A program made the translations under genes and the position numbers. 64,000 nt of DNA from Salpingoeca rosetta (taxonomy: Eukaryota; Protista; Choanoflagellata), in the NCBI GenBank assembly GCA_033442325.1, contig JAWQFM010000015.1:504318-568317 (forward strand), in the 5' to 3' direction. The notes beneath the pieces were generated by a model, which saw nothing but the letters and a program-made list of their open reading frames with translations, ran no database searches and had not been told where the DNA came from. The stretch's first letter is position 1, and each line of letters opens with the position of its first letter. Positions 22,128-42,959 of the stretch are shown here, piece by piece.

Positions 22128-22952
22128 TCACTTCTTTGCGTATGTGACGCTGAGGGTGTTGTCCTCGCCCATGCTGAACCCGTCCAAGTTCTGCATTGCA
22201 ACCGCACTTGCGCGCGCTGTCTCATATTCGACAAAGCACATGTCTGGCCGCCCGTCAACCATCCGCACCTGGCATCGTTGCGAGTGAGCGTGAGTGCACA
22301 CGTGTGTGTGTGTGTGAGTGAGTGAGTGAGTGAGTGAGTGAGTGAGTGAGTGAGTGAGTGAGTGAGTGAGTGAGTGAGTGAGTGAGTGAGTGAGTGAGCG
22401 TGTGTGTGTGTGAGTGCGTGTGTGTGTGTGCGCTGAGAACAAGTGCGTGGTGCATGCCACAGCACTCACATTTCCTTCGCAGACCCGCAATCGTTTACAA
22501 ACACACACACACACATGCACACACAAAATGCAACCTCACCTCGACGAGGCCTTCAAACTTGGCAAAGAGGTTGTGGACGTCAGACTTGGTTGCTGTCGGT
22601 GGAAGGTGCGACACGTACAGGATCTTGTTTGTGCCCGCGTCCCCGCTCTCATCCATTGCCCGACGGCCCGTCTCCGTTCGCGCCGCCTTTGTCGCTGTGT
22701 TTGTGTGTTTGTTTGTGTGTTGTGTGTGTTGTGTGTGTTGTGAGTATGTGTGTATGTTTGTGTGTATGTGTGTATGTTTGTGTGTGTTGGGTGGCAAAGG
22801 GGAAGATGTGTCGTGTTCAGTGAAAGGATGCGCCATGGTCAGTGCGAGGAGTAAGAAGTCGCGTGCTGAGTAGCATACATCTCTCAGGGGTCAAAAAGAC
22901 GAGCACCCCCCACCATGTCAACGCACTCTTGTGTTGTCGAACACACACACAA

Positions 22953-22985
<33 letters not shown>

Positions 22986-22986
22986 C

Positions 22987-23060
<74 letters not shown>

Positions 23061-23325
23061 AAAACGCGCGCGCGCGCGACAACAAACCTGGCTCCTCCTC
23101 GTCTCTGCCGCTGGTCTTTTTCCTCTGCTTGGCGAGATATCGCTGATACGTGCCATCCTCCTTCATGCTTGCAATCGACTTTGACTTGGCATACGCGATT
23201 TTCTGCACGTCGGACGTGGGTGGGCAACAGCGTGGCGTGAGGTGGAAGCGCACCATGGATAACAAGGACCAACAGAGAGGCCACTAGAGTACATGCCAGC
23301 CTCAAACTTGCATGTGCAAACCGCT

Positions 23326-23397
<72 letters not shown>

Positions 23398-24096
23398 CAC
23401 ACACACGCGCGCGCACACAAACACACACACACACACACACTCTCTCATTCACACACACGCATGCACACACACGCATGCACACACACACACACACACGCCC
23501 ACTGACACGCATGCATACGCACCATGGGCTTGCCGAAGAGGTTGAACGATTGCAGTGCACGCATGGCATTTGTGGCGCATGTGATGTCCTGAAGAAGCAC
23601 GCGCGGAAGCAAACGGACGGCGCATCAAATTGCTGCGGGGGCGGTCGATCGGTTATCCCTCCGTCTCGTCCACCACGTCTTGCATGTGGGATCGCAAGTA
23701 TATATGGGGATGGGGGAGTGCCAGCCGAACTGGTGGTGGGGCACATGCATTCTGACGCACCTTGAAGGCGATGAATGCTTGCCCGCGCATCTTTGGCGTC
23801 TTAAGCGCGACGACATCGAGGATGGGCCCAAACTGTGAAAACAGAAAGTACAGCGACCGCCGCAGCTCTGTGCGTTGATTCAAACAGGGTCATTCGCGAG
23901 AGTAGAGCCAGGTCCGTGTCAGAGGGAGTGGTCACCAGCACCAGAATTGCAGGCGCGCGCAACATGCCGTCGGCGGTGCATTCACCACCACCACCACCAC
24001 AACAACAACAAAGACAACATCCACATCCGCACCTTCTTTGTGGATTTTGTCGTTGAGGTTGTTGACATACAACGTTTGGTTAGGCAAGTTGGCCAT
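22128..24096 (-). CDS. U1A/U2B''/SNF-family two-RRM snRNP protein
   Basis: [21 protein letters not shown]|[36 protein letters not shown] ... KIAYAKSKS; second [13 protein letters not shown] ... CFVEYE ... LSVTYAKK*. Confidence 0.95.
22314..22398. repeat. (TGAG)n tetranucleotide microsatellite
   Basis: About 20 tandem TGAG units in an intron of the SNF gene. Confidence 0.9.
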
Positions 24097-24117
24097 GGCT
24101 GTTCTGTGATCTCCGTG

Positions 24118-24165
<48 letters not shown>

Positions 24166-24398
24166 GCGTGGGGTCGGATATGATGATGGTCTCAGCTCAG
24201 TCAGTCAGTGTGTGAGAGCGAGTGTGGTCGTCGTTCGCCTGTTGACTAACTACGCTTTGTCGTGTTTCCTCAAAATTGGGCAAAAAGCTGTATTTGGCCA
24301 TAGACGCGAAGTGGCGAAATCGCCGCATTTACAATAAAGGGGAAGGGAAGGAAGGAGGGAAGCAAGCACGTTGTTGGTGTGGTGGTGTGGGAGCAAAC

Positions 24399-24441
<43 letters not shown>

Positions 24442-24458
24442 AGACACACACAGACACA

Positions 24459-24532
<74 letters not shown>

Positions 24533-24641
24533 CAATATGGCCACGAAGCTGGTTCAAGATATATGGACAGGTGATGCACGATGGTTTGGGTTGCTTTGTT
24601 GTGGGAGCTGCCACGTTGTCTTGCTTGTCTTTTCCTGCGCG

Positions 24642-25501
24642 CTATCTCACGCAGGTGATGATGGGCTTGGTGGAGCGTGTGCGGGCTTGCACGCGCTTGC
24701 TGTGCGGCGAGTGCGCGCAGAGGCCGTTGGCATCCTCGCCGGGGGAAGGCAGGATGCCCCACGTGAGCGGTTGGTCTGTCACGGGGCTGACGCGGTGGGA
24801 GGCGCGCACGGTGTGGCCGTGGAACATCCACAGGTGGCCGTTGTTGCACGCCTTAAGGCACGACTGGCAGGGCTCCACGACGTGGTAGCCAAGCACGTTG
24901 CCGCTGTACACAAGAACAGCACGAAAATGCAGGCTTTGGTGAGCAAGAGATGGCAGCAGATTGTTGGATGCGGTGCAACGCCACACTCACCGCACGCACA
25001 TTTGTAAAGAGTGACAACGACAGGACAACAGCACACAAACAGCCAGCCAGACAGACAGCCAGCCAGAAAGACAGACAGACAGAGAGACAGACAGACAGAG
25101 AGACAGATCCACAGCACATCCACATGCCACGACACATACATACAGCACGGACACAACATAACACAACACATATACATACACGACACACACAACACAACAC
25201 ATACACCGCACATGCCACACGCTGCACAAGAACAACAGCAACTCACCAGCAGCGGCAGGCGACGTCTGTAATCTGGCAGGCGCAGCTCGGGGTGCTGTAG
25301 AGGCGGCCCACGGGGCTGCAGCGTTCCTCAGGAGCGGCGTCAGTTGAGAACAACTCCGTCGACGTATCTGCGAGCAACAGCGCCTTCATGGCCCGCCGGC
25401 ACACCACTGTTTCGCAGTAGCTGCACTGGAGATCAAACACAACCTTATCTGCAAACATGCGCTGGCGGTAGCTGTGCGACACGCTCATTTGTGGCTGCTG
25501 C

Positions 25502-25535
<34 letters not shown>

Positions 25536-25875
25536 GGCGTGTACTCCTGTAGTGTTGGTGGTAGTGGCTAGCGTGGTCCTCAAAGGGATAGGCGGGGGCG
25601 GCGCTGTGCTGCTGCCGCGGCGAGTCTGGTGGCGAGGAGAGCGGGGACGACGTGTGGCTGTGTGAGGACGTGGCGGATCTTGGGGACGGTGACAAGGGCG
25701 CAGCATCGTGGTGGTGGCTGTGTTGGTGGGGGTGGTTGTGGCTGTGGTAGCTGCTGTTGTGGCGATGGAGGCTGGAGACGGAAATGTCGCCGTGGCCGTT
25801 GTACAGGAACTGCTGGATGGCGTTGAGCGCACTTCCGCTGTGGTTGTGCGCCGTGTTGATCATAAACTGGCTCAT
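24642..25875 (-). CDS. FAM72: FAM72 family protein (exons 25875-25247 and 24903-24642) with His/Ser/Gln-rich N-terminal extension
   Basis: LQCSYCETVVCRRAMKALLLADTSTELFSTD...CACQITDVACRC|CGNVLGYHVVEPCQSCLKACNNGHLWMFH...LTWGILP...TCVR* matches recalled human FAM72 ([48 protein letters not shown], C-terminal ECIR). Confidence 0.93.
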
Positions 25876-27178
25876 CGTCGGTGGTTGTGGATGTGGCGTG
25901 TGGCTGGCTGAAGAGAGTACACACAACTGCGTGCGACGTTGAGGAGGGGGGGGGTAGCAGCAGACGGTGATGTGGCGGCGATATGGTGCTCTGGGAGGGT
26001 TTGATAAGGGCTGGTATTGGTGCTGGTGTTGGTGTTGATGCTGGGTGGTGCTCGTGTGGTGCAAGGGGTCGGTTCAACAGGCGACGAAGAGAGCGGGGAA
26101 AAAAATGAACACGGCGATGCTCAAGTGCCAAGATGTAGCTGTTGTGTGTTTGCGTGTTGCTCTTTGTCTTGCTGGGCTGTGAATGTTCCGAATGACGGGC
26201 AGGCTGACTGGTTGGCTGGATTGGCTGGATGCCACTCTCTCTCACGCGCTCTCACTTGCTCGCTCGCTGGCTGTCTCTGCTTGTCAGGGAGAATAGCTGC
26301 GTGTGGTCAGTTAAATTAGGTCCGCCAATGTCAACGCCAACAAAGAGCGCGCACGCTCGTGGATCGCGGAGAAGCCAACCCGGGCAGGCACGCAGCAGAT
26401 GTCAGTCAGGCACGACGATGGTGTCAGGCGGTCAGGCAGTGGCGGCGGCGGCGATGGTGAATGTGAATGGTATGCGAGAGCGCGGGTGGATGGGCGATGG
26501 ACGTTCCAGGCCTTGGTCGGTCGTTCGTGCGTGTGTGGAATTTGGCGGATGCGGAAGTAGAGACACACAACAACAACAACAACAACAACAACGAATCGGT
26601 GGCATGCGTGTCACTCAACTCCCAAAAGAATGCCGGACCAGGAGCAATCACATCACGTCAGCCAGCACGTCAAAACACAAAGCGTGTCTTGGTGACGTGA
26701 GCGGAAGTGTGTGTTGTGCGCCTGTTGTGTTGTGTGCGTGTGTTTGGTTGGGGAGGGGGAATTGGTCGCGGGGGTGAAGGAATGCGGTTGGTTGTGTGCG
26801 CCCTTGAAGACACAAACACTGACCAGCACGCGTGTGTGGGATGATGATGATGATGATGATGATGTGAGAGGTTCCACACCTGCCTGTGTGGGTTGCAGGC
26901 AAGCACAGTCGGAGGGTTGGGTGTTGTTGCTGCGTGCGTGCGTGCGTGTGCGTGTGGTGGATGCTGACCAGCTGACAAGCGTTGGTTCGCCAACGCGTTG
27001 CGTGGCGTGGCGTTGGGACGATCAAGGGGCGAGGCTGACGCGCAGCCGGTTTGGGTCCGCCGTCAGGGTGTCGCGGGAGCGCGAACCGTGGTCAGGCAGG
27101 CAATCGCATTGAGTCCTCCTTGCACTCTCAAACCCAACCAACCGTCAAGGCCAACAAAAAAAAAACCGTCAAGCACAT

Positions 27179-27683
27179 CCGTTGCACGCATGCACGCACG
27201 AGCTCATCACATCATCACCAAAACAACAACAACCAACAAACGAAACACGCATGATGCATGCAGCCTGCTCGTGCGGAATCGATGGTGGTGGTGTTTGGTT
27301 TGCTGTGGAGGGGAGCCATGTGATGGATGCTGTGTGGCTGTGTGGCTGTGTGTGGCCTAAGGTGGGGCTGTGGGGGGCTTGAGGCTGCAACAACGCCAAC
27401 ACGCCTTGCTTGCTTGAAACATGGTTCGCGTCATCTTCGTTGTTGTTGTTGTGCTTCCTTCGTTGCCGCAACGGAAATCCCCCCCACCACACATCTCATT
27501 TTACCAACACGACAGGTGTCAATTGCTATTTTACCACAAGGTTGCATGCGTCGCCATCGCAAACAAAACAGCACAACCCCCGCTTCGGAACGGTGGATCG
27601 TGCATATGCGCACAAAGGGTTGTTGAGCGTTGTGTGCGAAACATACATTATCGGGCCAACCATTTGCCCGAGGGAACTTTGAA
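27179..27683 (+). promoter_or_regulatory. Putative G2/M promoter elements upstream of cyclin B (Myb/MSA-like AACGG x3, CHR TTTGAA)
   Basis: CCGTTG 27179-27184, CAACGG 27469-27474, AACGG 27589-27593, E2F/CDE-like TTTGCCCG 27663-27670 and TTTGAA 27678-27683. Motifs are short, so chance matches are possible. Confidence 0.4.
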
Positions 27684-28053
27684 TCTCGTGGTTTTTTGTC
27701 TTGACGCCAAAAGCACCAACACAAACGCGGCCACGCTTCTTGCTTCTTTGCTTGTTCGCCGCCACTTGCCACACCACATCACCACCACAGTGTTCATTCC
27801 TCACCAACACAAAGCTCCCCCCCCCCCCTTGCGTCGCTCTGCCGCCCTCTTGCTCGTTCACTCACGGCACCTTTTTCTGGCCTTCTTCCGCTCCCTTCTC
27901 CCATCACAAAACCATTTTCTCCACCGACCACCGCTGATCGACCGACCGACCGACCAGACCGACCCACTCCTCGCCATAGCTACACAAGCAAGCGCCGATA
28001 CAACACACCAACACCACCAGCACACACATTAGCGATACACAACACAACCAGAC

Positions 28054-30051
<1,998 letters not shown>

Positions 30052-30357
30052 ATGGCGGCGCGTTGCGTGCTTGCGTTCTGCTTGCGTTGATTCGGTGTGA
30101 TGAGCATTTTGCTTTCCCCACACAGCTGTACATACAAAGCCCTTGTGGTTTGCTCGTTTGTTTGCTTGTTCGTTTGGTTTCCCCCTCCTTCTTTCTCCTA
30201 CTCTTTTTTCACTGTTCTGTCATTTGTTGCCTTACTTCCCAGAAAGCCTATTTCAGAGGTTGCTTTGCCATCATCATCATAAAAGGATCATCTTTCTTCC
30301 ACAGTGATGAAGACACATAGACACACACACACACACGTAGACACATAGACACGCGCG

Positions 30358-30513
<156 letters not shown>

Positions 30514-30519
30514 ACAAAC

Positions 30520-30926
30520 TTCCCGCCACTACATTTTGTGCTGTTTTCTTACGTGGCGGGCAATCATCGCCACCACCACTCGCATCATCATCATCGGAAG
30601 GTTGCCCCAACCAACACCACACACCCCGCACACACCTCACCCTCTCCCCCAGCGTTTGAAACTCCACCCAGCACGAACACGCAGCTTGCTCCTCAGCATC
30701 TTGCACAAACCTCAGCAAATGTGGGCGTTCAGCGCCCTTGCTCTTCGCGGGGAACAAACCCCTCATCCCAGTCACACGCACGCATGCACTTCCCCAAGCA
30801 ATTCCGATGATGATGTTGTTCACGCGAGATTGCGTCCACCACAAAGCATGGGATGACGTTTGTTGACTTCCAGAGTGTCTTTGCGAGCTGATGATGCGGC
30901 AACACAGCAAACCCAATTGGCGGGAA
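30520..30926. promoter_or_regulatory. Cluster of E2F-like sites upstream of the F-box gene
   Basis: TTCCCGCC 30520-30527, TGGCGGGC 30554-30561 and TTGGCGGGAA 30917-30926. Confidence 0.45.
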
Positions 30927-31498
30927 CACCACCTGCCGCCCGCTGTTTGGTCGTTTGCACTTCGGTTTTGCTCGATCACATCATCGGTGTCGACTCTGAC
31001 TGTCCCACCAACACCAAAAAGTCAACCAACGCGCCTGCACGCGAACAGGTTTGACACCAATGTTCATGTGGCTTTGTCCCGCTTTCACACACATGCAAAA
31101 CTCACCAGCACGCACAAAACAACAGCTGCTCGTACATACACACACACACACTCTCTCTCATGCACAGAGAGAAAGCTACACACACTCTCGTCAACGCCAG
31201 ATCCCCCGTTTCTCTCTTGGCGGTTCATTTTCTTCTCAACCCCTTCCCTTGCTTCACCTTCTGCGCTACCATCCCCTCCCGCCTCCCGCCCGCGCCTTGC
31301 CCCCCGTAGTCGCATCGGCCCTTACCATCCCCTCCCGCCTCCATCTGTCCAACATCATCAGCGCCGCCCCATCGTCCCTGTGATCTCGCTCCGCCTCTCC
31401 GACACTCTCGACACATTCATTCATCGCGGCTCCCCCTCCCGCCATCAAGCATAGAGCCAACACAACAACAGCAATTCACAGATAGCCAGCCGTCCAAG

Positions 31499-32350
31499 AT
31501 GAGCAGCACCCGCCATCCACAGGTTACGCGCCACAACGGCGACAACGGCCTGAACTCTGGCGAGGCCGCCCTCCCCTTCCACCAAGATCAGCCCCGCCAA
31601 CAAGCTGCCGCAACAGCCGTCTCGCAGCAAGATGGCGCCACAACGCTCATCACCCCAACAGCCACCTCCACCGCCGCCATCTCAAACACCACCGACACAA
31701 ACACCGTCGCCCGCGCGCAAACTACCGCAGTGCCCGCCACCCCGCCAAGCGTTATTGGCAACGACAACGACGATATCGAATCACCCCCACCAACACCGCA
31801 CAAGCAGGTGTACTGCCAACCGGAGAAGCCACAGACGCGCCAAGCGGCGTCTTCGCGCCAACTCCACCCACACCAGCTCGCCCGTATCCTGGAGGAACCC
31901 TCGGTGTCGACAGAGGCCGATGGTGATGCCACGCGCCATCGCCACACTGTGGCGCACCTCCAAGACGCCGCCGCGTCGCCGCAGCCACAGCGCAGCCGAA
32001 TTGCGCGCCAACTCTGCTTCATGGACTCGTCCGATGAGGACACCCCTGACAACCACCCGGATGATGGCATGCCCCCGCCGCTCTCGCCATCCCGTAACAC
32101 AGCGCCCGCCAACGCCAACCCAGGGTCACAGGCCACGCTTCCTGCCACGTCCATTGAAGAGCTTGCCGCCAGCACATCTGCTGTTGAAGACATCCTCGAA
32201 GTTGTGCACCCGCTCCACTTGCCAGAGATCCTGCGGCTCGTCCTCAACAACCTTGAAGATGACATGGCCTCCATCATCACTTTTGGACTCGTCTGCCGCA
32301 GGGTGAGCGCCCGCTGTTGTGCGTGCGTATGTGTATGTGTGTCTGTGTTT

Positions 32351-32420
<70 letters not shown>

Positions 32421-34121
32421 CTGTGTGCGTCTGTGTGCGTGTCAGTATGTGTGCATTTTGCGCGCCATTTTGCTCAACACGCGCTCTGCACGTTAAGAAC
32501 GCTCGTGCAACCCCCCCTCCCTTGCCCCTCTGTGTTTTGTCGTCAAACTCACCTAGTGCTCACATTGTGTCGTCTCCCTTCCTTCCTCTGCTGCTGTTGC
32601 GTACAGTGGTGGGCTGCGTTGATTGAGTACCGCCCCATGTGGGAGCGCATCGTGCCCAAGTACGTGCTGCCCTTCTTTCCACAGTGGAAGGTCTACTTTG
32701 GCAACGAGTCTGATGCGCGCATCGGCGCCCTGGCCGCGTACCGCCTCCTCGCCGCACACTGCTTCTTCTGCGGCAAGTCCACGCCGTGGTTCATGGCCAT
32801 TGTTGGCGCGCGCGTGTGCCGCTCCTGCTTCCACAAACCAAACGGCCCCGTGGAACTGTGCACTGTCTCCCACGCCAAGGAAGTCTTTGGCATTGACGAT
32901 GACGTGCTGCAGGTGGTGCCGCGCCTCGACTGCTCTGCCGCTGGTCTCGGCGCACCGGGCCAGGATAAGCTCACCCTCGTCGTCAAGCGCCACGTCCTCA
33001 TGCAGACCCCAAACAAGACCGCAGAGCCCTCAAACCCAACGTGCGTGTTGTATGTATGTATGTATGTGTGTGTGTGGGGGGGGGTTGTTGTTGTTGTTGT
33101 TGTTTATGCGCGTGTGCGTTCGTTAGTCCGTATCTGTGTGTGCGTTCGTCTGTCCGTATCTGTGTTTATCTACGTGTGTGTGTGCGTGTGTGGCGTTCGT
33201 CTGTCCGTATCTGTGTTTGTGTGTGTGTGTGTTTGAACATTGTCTACGTCGCCCTCCTCCTGCTTTCTTCCATGCACAGCGACGCGCCACACACGATTGA
33301 CTCACACTTCCTTCTTCTCCCCCTTCCCCACACCTCCCCTCCACCTTTTGTTCTCCATCCACAGGAAAAGGTCACGCAGCGTGAACCACATTGGGCAGCT
33401 GCAGGCCCTCGACATGCTCAAGCCCTACCAGGCCGTGTCCTACCACTTTGCAATCCCGTTCATCAGCGACTTTGTTGGCATTGGGGAGCACCGTTACACC
33501 GTGCACACGGAGGCGGAGCTGCGGCAGGCGCTGGAGATGCCCGAGTACAAGCGGTTCCCGCACGACGACATCCGCAAAATCTTCCTCTTCAACGACATCC
33601 ACCTCAAACACACGTGCGACGTGCACATTCCAACCATCATCATCGGCGTGCCTGACCCCGTGACAAAGGCCCGCCCCCGCCTCACCATCACGGGCGCCAA
33701 CGGCATCCTCGTCTCCCACCGCCACCTGCGCATTGAGAATGTGGAGTGTGCGCAGGTCGACGTGCCGCTGGACTCTTACATGTGTGCGCTGCAGGCCGAC
33801 GAGTATGCGACGCTTGTGGTGGAGCGGTGTCGGGTGATTGCCTCTGGCAGCGCCGTCCGCGGCCTGGACAACTCGCTCGTGCACCTGCGCAACAACCACC
33901 TCGTCGGCATCACCGCCATGTGCATCAACAAGGAGTGGAGCGTCAAGCTGTGCGAGCGCAACACGCTGTGCTACTACGGCGAGTGGTCAGTGCAGGTCTG
34001 CTCCAACCCGCTTGAGCGGCCAATGTCATACCCGTTTGCAGACCTCAACGACATCACCTTTGACGGCACCCTCCCCGAGCTCATCTTCTCCACAGTTACA
34101 GCACCAGCACCCGCACCCTAA
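31499..34121 (+). CDS. F-box protein, 664 aa (exons 31499-32302, 32607-33040, 33365-34121), with C4 Zn finger/XPA-like segment and C-terminal pectin-lyase-like beta-helix
   Basis: F-box-like LPEILRLVLNNL...FGLVCRR|WW...MWERI; CFFC-x15-CRSC followed by LCTVSHAKEVFGIDDDVL; beta-helix-like ITGANGILVSHRHLRIENVE..LVVERCRVIASGSAV..LRNNHLVG. Exon phases sum to an open frame. Confidence 0.8.
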
Positions 34122-34461
34122 TGTGGTGTGTGTGTGTGTGTGTGTCTGTCTGTGTGTGTGTGTGTGTGTGTCTGTCTGTGTGTCTGTCTGTGTGCGTGTG
34201 TGTGTGTGTGGGGGGGGGGGTGGTTTGAACAGTTGACATTTGCTTTGGCCCTTTTTGTAGCCATCTGATAGGCGTGTTCTTTCAACGTTTGTTGATATCG
34301 CAATACAATTGCAAGAAATAGAGCAGTCATGTGTGAAAAAAAGGAAAAAAAGGAAAAAAAGGAGACAGCAATGAGTGTGCTGATGCTGATAACAAGACAT
34401 GAAAAGAAGATTTGAACCGTTTGTGTAAGTGTGTGAATGAATGAGTACAAGAGCATCACCA

Positions 34462-39638
<5,177 letters not shown>

Positions 39639-39979
39639 TGTCCTTCCTTCCTGCCTTTCTCTTGTGTCTTTCCCCTGCTCCTTCTCTTCCCGATTTCTGT
39701 GTATGTAGTAGCGAATTGTCTACAACGCCAATCAAATTTGAATGAAGGCAATGTTGTTGTTTGCGCCCCACACCCACACCCACACGACACACACCCCTTT
39801 CTCTCCACTCCCATCAACAACAACAGCAACCGTCACAAGTACACACAGGTGCACACGCACACACAGGTGCACACACATAACCACACACACACACACACAT
39901 AACCACACACATACAAATACACATACACATACACATACACATACACGCAGGTGCATACCACTACGTTAGAACGCAAGCG

Positions 39980-40223
39980 ATGGCTGGGCGGCGTGGTCGT
40001 CGAAGCCAAGTTGGCTCCACGAGCGACCTGTCAATGGAAGAACAGCTCGCCTTGCCCATTGATCTCAACAAGCGGCGCTCCTTTCAGGTACACGGTCCCT
40101 TGACGTTGTCACCATCAGCTGGCCCCACGCTGTGTTGTTGGTGTGTGGTCATTTTCAATTCCACCGCAACAAACTCAACGTGCATGACACACACAACACA
40201 ACTCACACACACACACACAACGC

Positions 40224-40270
<47 letters not shown>

Positions 40271-42899
40271 CACATCACACAACACAACACGCCATGCCAC
40301 ACGCACACACAACACGCAACACAACACAATTCCTTCATGGTTGCATGCAGTACGTACCTGCAAAAGTGAGCAGCAAGAGCAAGTCACGCGTCTCGCCCGT
40401 TGTGGCACCAGCAACATCATGGCACAGCCCGTCAACCACACGCAGTCCAGACGCTTCCCACCCCAGCAGCAAGTCTGTCAAGCACGCAGCATCTGCGTCG
40501 TCATTTTTCCTGCGTCGTCGTCACCCAAAGGGAGGCGACAGCTCATCCCCAAAGCCGCGCTCCAGCAAGCGACGGTCAAAGGCACACAGCACCAGCAGCA
40601 ACGGCAGCCGCTTCTCGCCTCACCGGCGATCCAAGAAGCAGCACGCGCGCAGCCCCAAGCACCTCAGCGCCAGCCACATATGGGAGGATCCGTTTGGCGA
40701 CTATGGCGACGAAAGCGACGAGGACGACGAAGATGACGACTTTGATGACGACGACACCGACTACTACGACGAGAGCGACCGCTCTGGTCGCGCCAGCGCA
40801 CTGAGCACGAGCAGACCGCGCAGCGCCAACGATTTCAGCCGCCAGCAGCAGCAGCCACGAGCACGGCGGCGGCGCAGGCGGTACCGCAACTGGTCGTACA
40901 GCCGCAAGCTGCAGATGTGGCGGGAGAGCGGCACATCGACATTCTCCGCGCGACACCACGTGCGGTTTCCGCACCGGCTGGAGGTACCGAGTACCCGGCT
41001 CACGCCCCTGGCCGTTTCCCTGCTCGAGCGCAGCATCTTCGCGCACGGCAACCACCCCATCATTGAGACCATGCCTGTATATCCGCTGCCGCCCGTGGCG
41101 CTGGACCGGGAGGGTGTGGCGTGGAATGAAACGTCGCCACCGACCATGTCGCCATCGTCGTCGGGGATGGTCGGGTGGGTGACTGCCATGAGCAGCTCGT
41201 CGGCAGCAGGGCGAGGACAGGAGCAGCTGGTGCAGTCCATCACATTCAAGCAGATGGAGGCACCAGCGAGGAGTGATGGGGGTGATGGTGGTGGTGGTGG
41301 TGGTGATGGTCGAGTGGCTGTGAATGGACACGGCAGCGGTGGCAGCGGTGGCGGTGTTGTTGCTGCAGAGTTGGCCGAAACAGCAACAGATGGCGATGAG
41401 GATGGTGCGAGCAGTGATGGCGACACGTTCAATGTTGTGAGTGGTGGTGGTGGGAGGAACAGCGTCCACCCAGCAGCAGCAACGTCGACAACAACAGCAT
41501 CAACAACGGTATCGGCGACATCAACGACAGCGACAAGAGGAGCAACGCCATCGTCACCACCACCTCGACCACGGTCTGCCTGGGCTGAGTCCGCGTCACC
41601 GCACCAACCGCGCAAGACAAGCGGTGGCCGCGATGGCAGCGGTGGTGGTGGTGGTGGTGGTGGTGGTGGTGATGGTGGGGGGCAGCGCAGTGCACAGGCA
41701 GCGTTTGGCGAGCTGGAGATGACGCAGGGCCACAATGTGGAGGCGGACACGTCTGTGTTTGTGGTTGATCGCCCGCTCTCTGTTCTCGACAGGCTGCGCA
41801 TGCTGCCCTCGCACATGCCCATGCAGGTGAGGGGTTTGGGGTGTGATGGTGGTAGAGGGGATGATGGTGGTGTGTGGTGGTGGTGGTGGTGAATGTGGGA
41901 GTGAAAACAATGCATGATGAGCATCCTGTTCTTGTTCTTTTGTCCGACACATACACACACACACACACACACCAACACACACCATCCCACACACACCACC
42001 GTCGCCACCTCCTTAGGTTGAAAATGAGCGGCCGCGCGACGTGCCCGCTGTTGAGGATGGCATGACATTCTTCCGCCTCTCTGCCCTCCAATACGTTTTC
42101 GGCGACCGCGCAGCCGACCCAGGCCAGCGGGTGAGACGATGTGGCCGTGGCTGTGCTGCTAATGATGTGTGTGTGTGTGGGGGGGGAGGGGTGTGTGCGC
42201 GCGCGCGCGTGTGTGGGTGGGTGTGGGTGTGGGTGGGTGTGGGTGGGTGTGGGTGGATGGGTGTGTCTGAGATCTGGGAGTCACGCAGCATATTGAGCTT
42301 GCGCTCATACACAAACGCATGCACACTTGGCCATGCAATGACCATCCCCCCCCCCCCTCTTCTCTCTCTTGTCTGGTTGGTGTGCCCAACACAGGACGAC
42401 ACGGACTTTGAGTTTGATGCTGACGCCGTTGCTGCCGTCTATGACGAGGACCTGCGATCCACCACGAAACCAATCGGACACCACATGCTCGAGAGCGTCA
42501 CAGAGGACGGTGTGTTTGCTTGTTTGGTTATTGGGTTGGTTGGTTGATTGGTTGGTTGGTTCTGCCGGCTGGTTGCCTGAATTGAGCTTACCTCCCTCAC
42601 ACTCTGCCCCTCCAAAAAACACTGCGTCCCCCCCCCCACACACACACCCACACAAAACATACACAACATACATTCTCCCTCGCGCCAGTCGAGGTCGACA
42701 TTGACAAGGACGAGGCACCAACAGCGTCAACTACAGCAGCACCGGCCGCTGTTCTCCTTCGGCGTCGCTCCACGCGCGCGTCGGCGGAGGCGTTTGGATT
42801 CGCATCGCGGCCGGCCTCCATATCCGCCGACGACCGCCGCCGCTCCGTCGCATCCGTCTACGGATTTGAATTTGGCGGCGGCGAGTCAACAGGTGTGTG

Positions 42900-42959
<60 letters not shown>

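Noticed and set aside
27462-27472. Palindrome GTTGCCGCAAC as an RFX X-box
   Set aside because: One base short of the X-box spacing, and the adjacent genes are not ciliary.
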